Positions 61,289 to 64,000 of a stretch of DNA of 64,000 bases are shown piece after piece. Each line of letters opens with the position of its first letter. Positions within the stretch are counted from its first letter, which is position 1. Where the stretch lies: NCBI GenBank assembly GCA_001599295.1, contig BCGN01000004.1, forward strand, positions 500,138-564,137, given 5' to 3'. The stretch is from Sporopachydermia quercuum. Its lineage: Eukaryota. The notes under the pieces are model-generated. The model saw nothing but the letters and a program-made list of their open reading frames with translations. It made no database searches and was not told where the DNA came from. The position numbers were made by a program, and so were the translations under genes.

Positions 61289-62941
61289 ATGGAGTGGAAT
61301 AGCTCTGTGAGCATGGATGAAAGCTCTTTGACAGATATTGTTCAATCATATCCTACAATCTCAGAATACTTGAGTATCGGTGACTTATCATCAGAAGGTT
61401 TCCCAGTTATGAAGCGCAGTCGATGTATTTTGAATCCTTACAATGATGGTAGTGTTGGTATATCTCTAGAAAACGCACAAAATGGTTTCGATCAACATTA
61501 TGTATCGAAGCAAATGAATGAAGGACTGTCTTTCACAACAGACTCAACATCTGATGGTGATACTGTTTTGAAATTAGCTATCTCCGGAAATGACGCCTTT
61601 CCACCGGATGGATTTGTGTTTGGTGAGAATTATGTGAATGGTGAGGGGTCAATTACTATAGACAGAACCGTCATCCGCTCCGATAAGCCCAGTTTGGCTA
61701 GACATACAAAGAGTTCCAGTAGGATTCACCCAAATAGTTTGCCTCTCCCAAAGAAGTTTATTTCTCAAAACATACAATCGCCTTCTAGTGATCGTACAGC
61801 ATTTGTTCCCGAAAATGATTCTACTTTCAACAGAAAAAATGAAGAACCATCAATAATTTTTGGTGACTTTTCTCCAATGGCAAGAGAATGTAATAGTGAT
61901 TACTTAATGTCTCAACCAATAGATTCTTCTTTAACTTTAGGCTGTGCGATTTCTCAGTCAGAGCAGGAAGAACTTTATAGTGATGACCTGACAACTGCTG
62001 GCCTGAGATCATTGTTTTCTTCCAGTGTCCCACTCTCTTTTGATTTCCCACAGAAACCTGTATTCTCTACTAGATCCCAATCTGCTGCTTCTTCCAGCTT
62101 AGATAATCCCTCTGAAGAGGAAATACTCCCTTTTCTGCCTAATATGACTGCAAATGAATCAGAATCACTAGAGTACCAACACTCAACTTCCGAAAATGAA
62201 AACATTACGCAACTAAAATCCTTTCCTAGTGTTTTGAATGAAATCTTTGACCAAAATGAAGCTATAAAGGCTTCGTACTCACAACAAATTGGAAGAACAA
62301 AAGAGAAAAGTAATATACTCCATGAGTATATCATTTTCAGAAACGTTGGATCTAGAGCTCCAGGTAGTAATGAGAGGTTCAGAAATTTAGACCTATTGCT
62401 AACTGGAGTACCATGTGAAGATATACCTAAAGCTTGGTCAGAAGAAGAGATTAAGAATCATCGCAGGATTGTTCAATTTCGTCGAACACACAATGGGACA
62501 TTAGTCAAAGCTGATGTTTCAATTGCTCCAGAAAGTCGATCTACGGATCTCCACAACTCAATTATAGAAGTCAGCTGTCTCAGATGGGACGATCAATATT
62601 GGATAACAAGTGTTGAGCTGATTTTGACAATTGAGTTTCTAGTTGGCTTTTATGAAAGAAAATATGATCCCAGAGAGTTGTCAATAGATGATAAAAACGA
62701 AGAACTGAGGGTTGAAAGAAGAAGAATCAAAAGTAATGTGCTCAAGAAATTCTTACATCCTGTGACATTATCGGAATCTTGTAGACCAGACTTTTACAGA
62801 GCAATCATGAGTTATGAATCTCGAATGCCCAGAAATTTCCGAAAACCAATTAAAGTGATGGAATGGAGTAAATTAGAAAATGCTTTGGTGGCCACGATGA
62901 AATATTACACAGTGTTGGAAAGAACAAGGATCGAGAAATGA
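61289..62941 (+). CDS. MedA/Medusa-like (DUF7082-type) putative transcriptional regulator, paralogue 2; 550 aa
   Basis: Acidic Ser-rich N-terminus; C-terminal WSEEEIKNHRRIVQFRR..IEVSCLRW..YWITSVELI..ERRRIKSN..FYRAIMSY..PRNFRKPIKVMEW..AL..Y. First ATG at 61289. Confidence 0.8.
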   Translation: MEWNSSVSMDESSLTDIVQSYPTISEYLSIGDLSSEGFPVMKRSRCILNPYNDGSVGISLENAQNGFDQHYVSKQMNEGLSFTTDSTSDGDTVLKLAISGNDAFPPDGFVFGENYVNGEGSITIDRTVIRSDKPSLARHTKSSSRIHPNSLPLPKKFISQNIQSPSSDRTAFVPENDSTFNRKNEEPSIIFGDFSPMARECNSDYLMSQPIDSSLTLGCAISQSEQEELYSDDLTTAGLRSLFSSSVPLSFDFPQKPVFSTRSQSAASSSLDNPSEEEILPFLPNMTANESESLEYQHSTSENENITQLKSFPSVLNEIFDQNEAIKASYSQQIGRTKEKSNILHEYIIFRNVGSRAPGSNERFRNLDLLLTGVPCEDIPKAWSEEEIKNHRRIVQFRRTHNGTLVKADVSIAPESRSTDLHNSIIEVSCLRWDDQYWITSVELILTIEFLVGFYERKYDPRELSIDDKNEELRVERRRIKSNVLKKFLHPVTLSESCRPDFYRAIMSYESRMPRNFRKPIKVMEWSKLENALVATMKYYTVLERTRIEK

Positions 62942-63016
62942 CAAGGAACGAAGTAAAATGACGAATGGGTAATGACTGATGAAAACAATAGATAGTTTTT
63001 CTTTTTTTTTTTTTTT

Positions 63017-63176
63017 NNNNNNNNNNNNNNNNNNNNNNNNNNNNNNNNNNNNNNNNNNNNNNNNNNNNNNNNNNNNNNNNNNNNNNNNNNNNNNNNNNNN
63101 NNNNNNNNNNNNNNNNNNNNNNNNNNNNNNNNNNNNNNNNNNNNNNNNNNNNNNNNNNNNNNNNNNNNNNNNNNNN
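63017..63176. other. Assembly gap (160 N) following a poly-T run
   Basis: Read directly. Confidence 0.99.
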
Positions 63177-64000
63177 AATGTTGATTTGAAATAGTGAACT
63201 TATGAACAAATAGTAACGAATTATGAATGTATAGATGTTCTCATAAAAAATGTTTTTGTTATGAGGTTAAGCAGAGCAAGTTGGCTGATGATAATATCAT
63301 AGAATCAATATATATGTATTTGATGTCAACAAGTTTGCATCATTTGAAGGTCCATTTACTTCATGGAATGAAATGAAGAAAAAGAGTACTATCTACACCT
63401 GCTATTAGACTTGAAACCTTAACAACTTTAATCAGTATCATAATTTTAGCAATTGATTAAAAGGTTTCATCCAACGGGAAGGATGAAGAAGAATTAGTTC
63501 AAACATATATCGTTTCTATCTTAATCAGAAACAAGGCTCATTCAACGGCAATCTCTACTCAGAAGAAATGAAGACGAGGTAATTCCTCAAAAATCGCTAT
63601 CAAAAAGCAGTAGGTGTAATAATGTTGTAAACTATTATAATATTATTAACGTTTAATACTTAAATATATTATAGATACTATTTAATATAAATATTGTTCG
63701 TATGTTTTAGTAGATGTAGTTTCATCATTAAAAATAAAGCCTGTACGTAAAATGTACATAGAAGTCAATAATTTAAAGTTTAATTTTAAAGTTACACTTG
63801 AAGAAGAAACAAATTTTGCTGAAAAAACCAAACTTAGACTTACTCAATAAAGTTTGTCTAAAGAAAGCTTGATCATTCAAAAAGAAAGTATGTTCACTGT
63901 TTACACTATCACTGATCGGTTCTGAGCCCAGGGAATAGGAATTAATTTCATTCATTTTATTATCCCTTTTCCTCGTATTATAATGTTATAAGCATCTTCC

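Overview
AT-rich ascomycete yeast (Saccharomycotina-like) genomic DNA using the standard code: CTG falls at invariant Leu positions in Hog1, Ilv6 and mitochondrial LeuRS. I can support 12 protein genes. In order: two GPI-type cell-surface proteins, HOG1, YCF1, a TRAPPC11/Gryzun homologue, a TYW4/PPM2-Kelch-JmjC (TYW5-like) fusion, GLC3, ILV6, a Tag1-like membrane protein, NAM2, a four-exon CENP-I/Mis6/CTF3 gene, and two divergent MedA/Medusa-like (DUF7082-type) paralogues. Three genes are truncated or split in the ORF track and I rebuilt them from splice signals. HOG1 has a hidden 23-nt first exon and a 988-nt intron, TYW4 has one intron, and CTF3 has three introns, two of them ending in AAG. 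The most distinctive locus is the tandem MedA-like pair lying behind a ~12.2 kb gene-free region. I recognised no tRNA, rRNA, CRISPR array or intact mobile element. Family assignments come from motif recall, not database searches.
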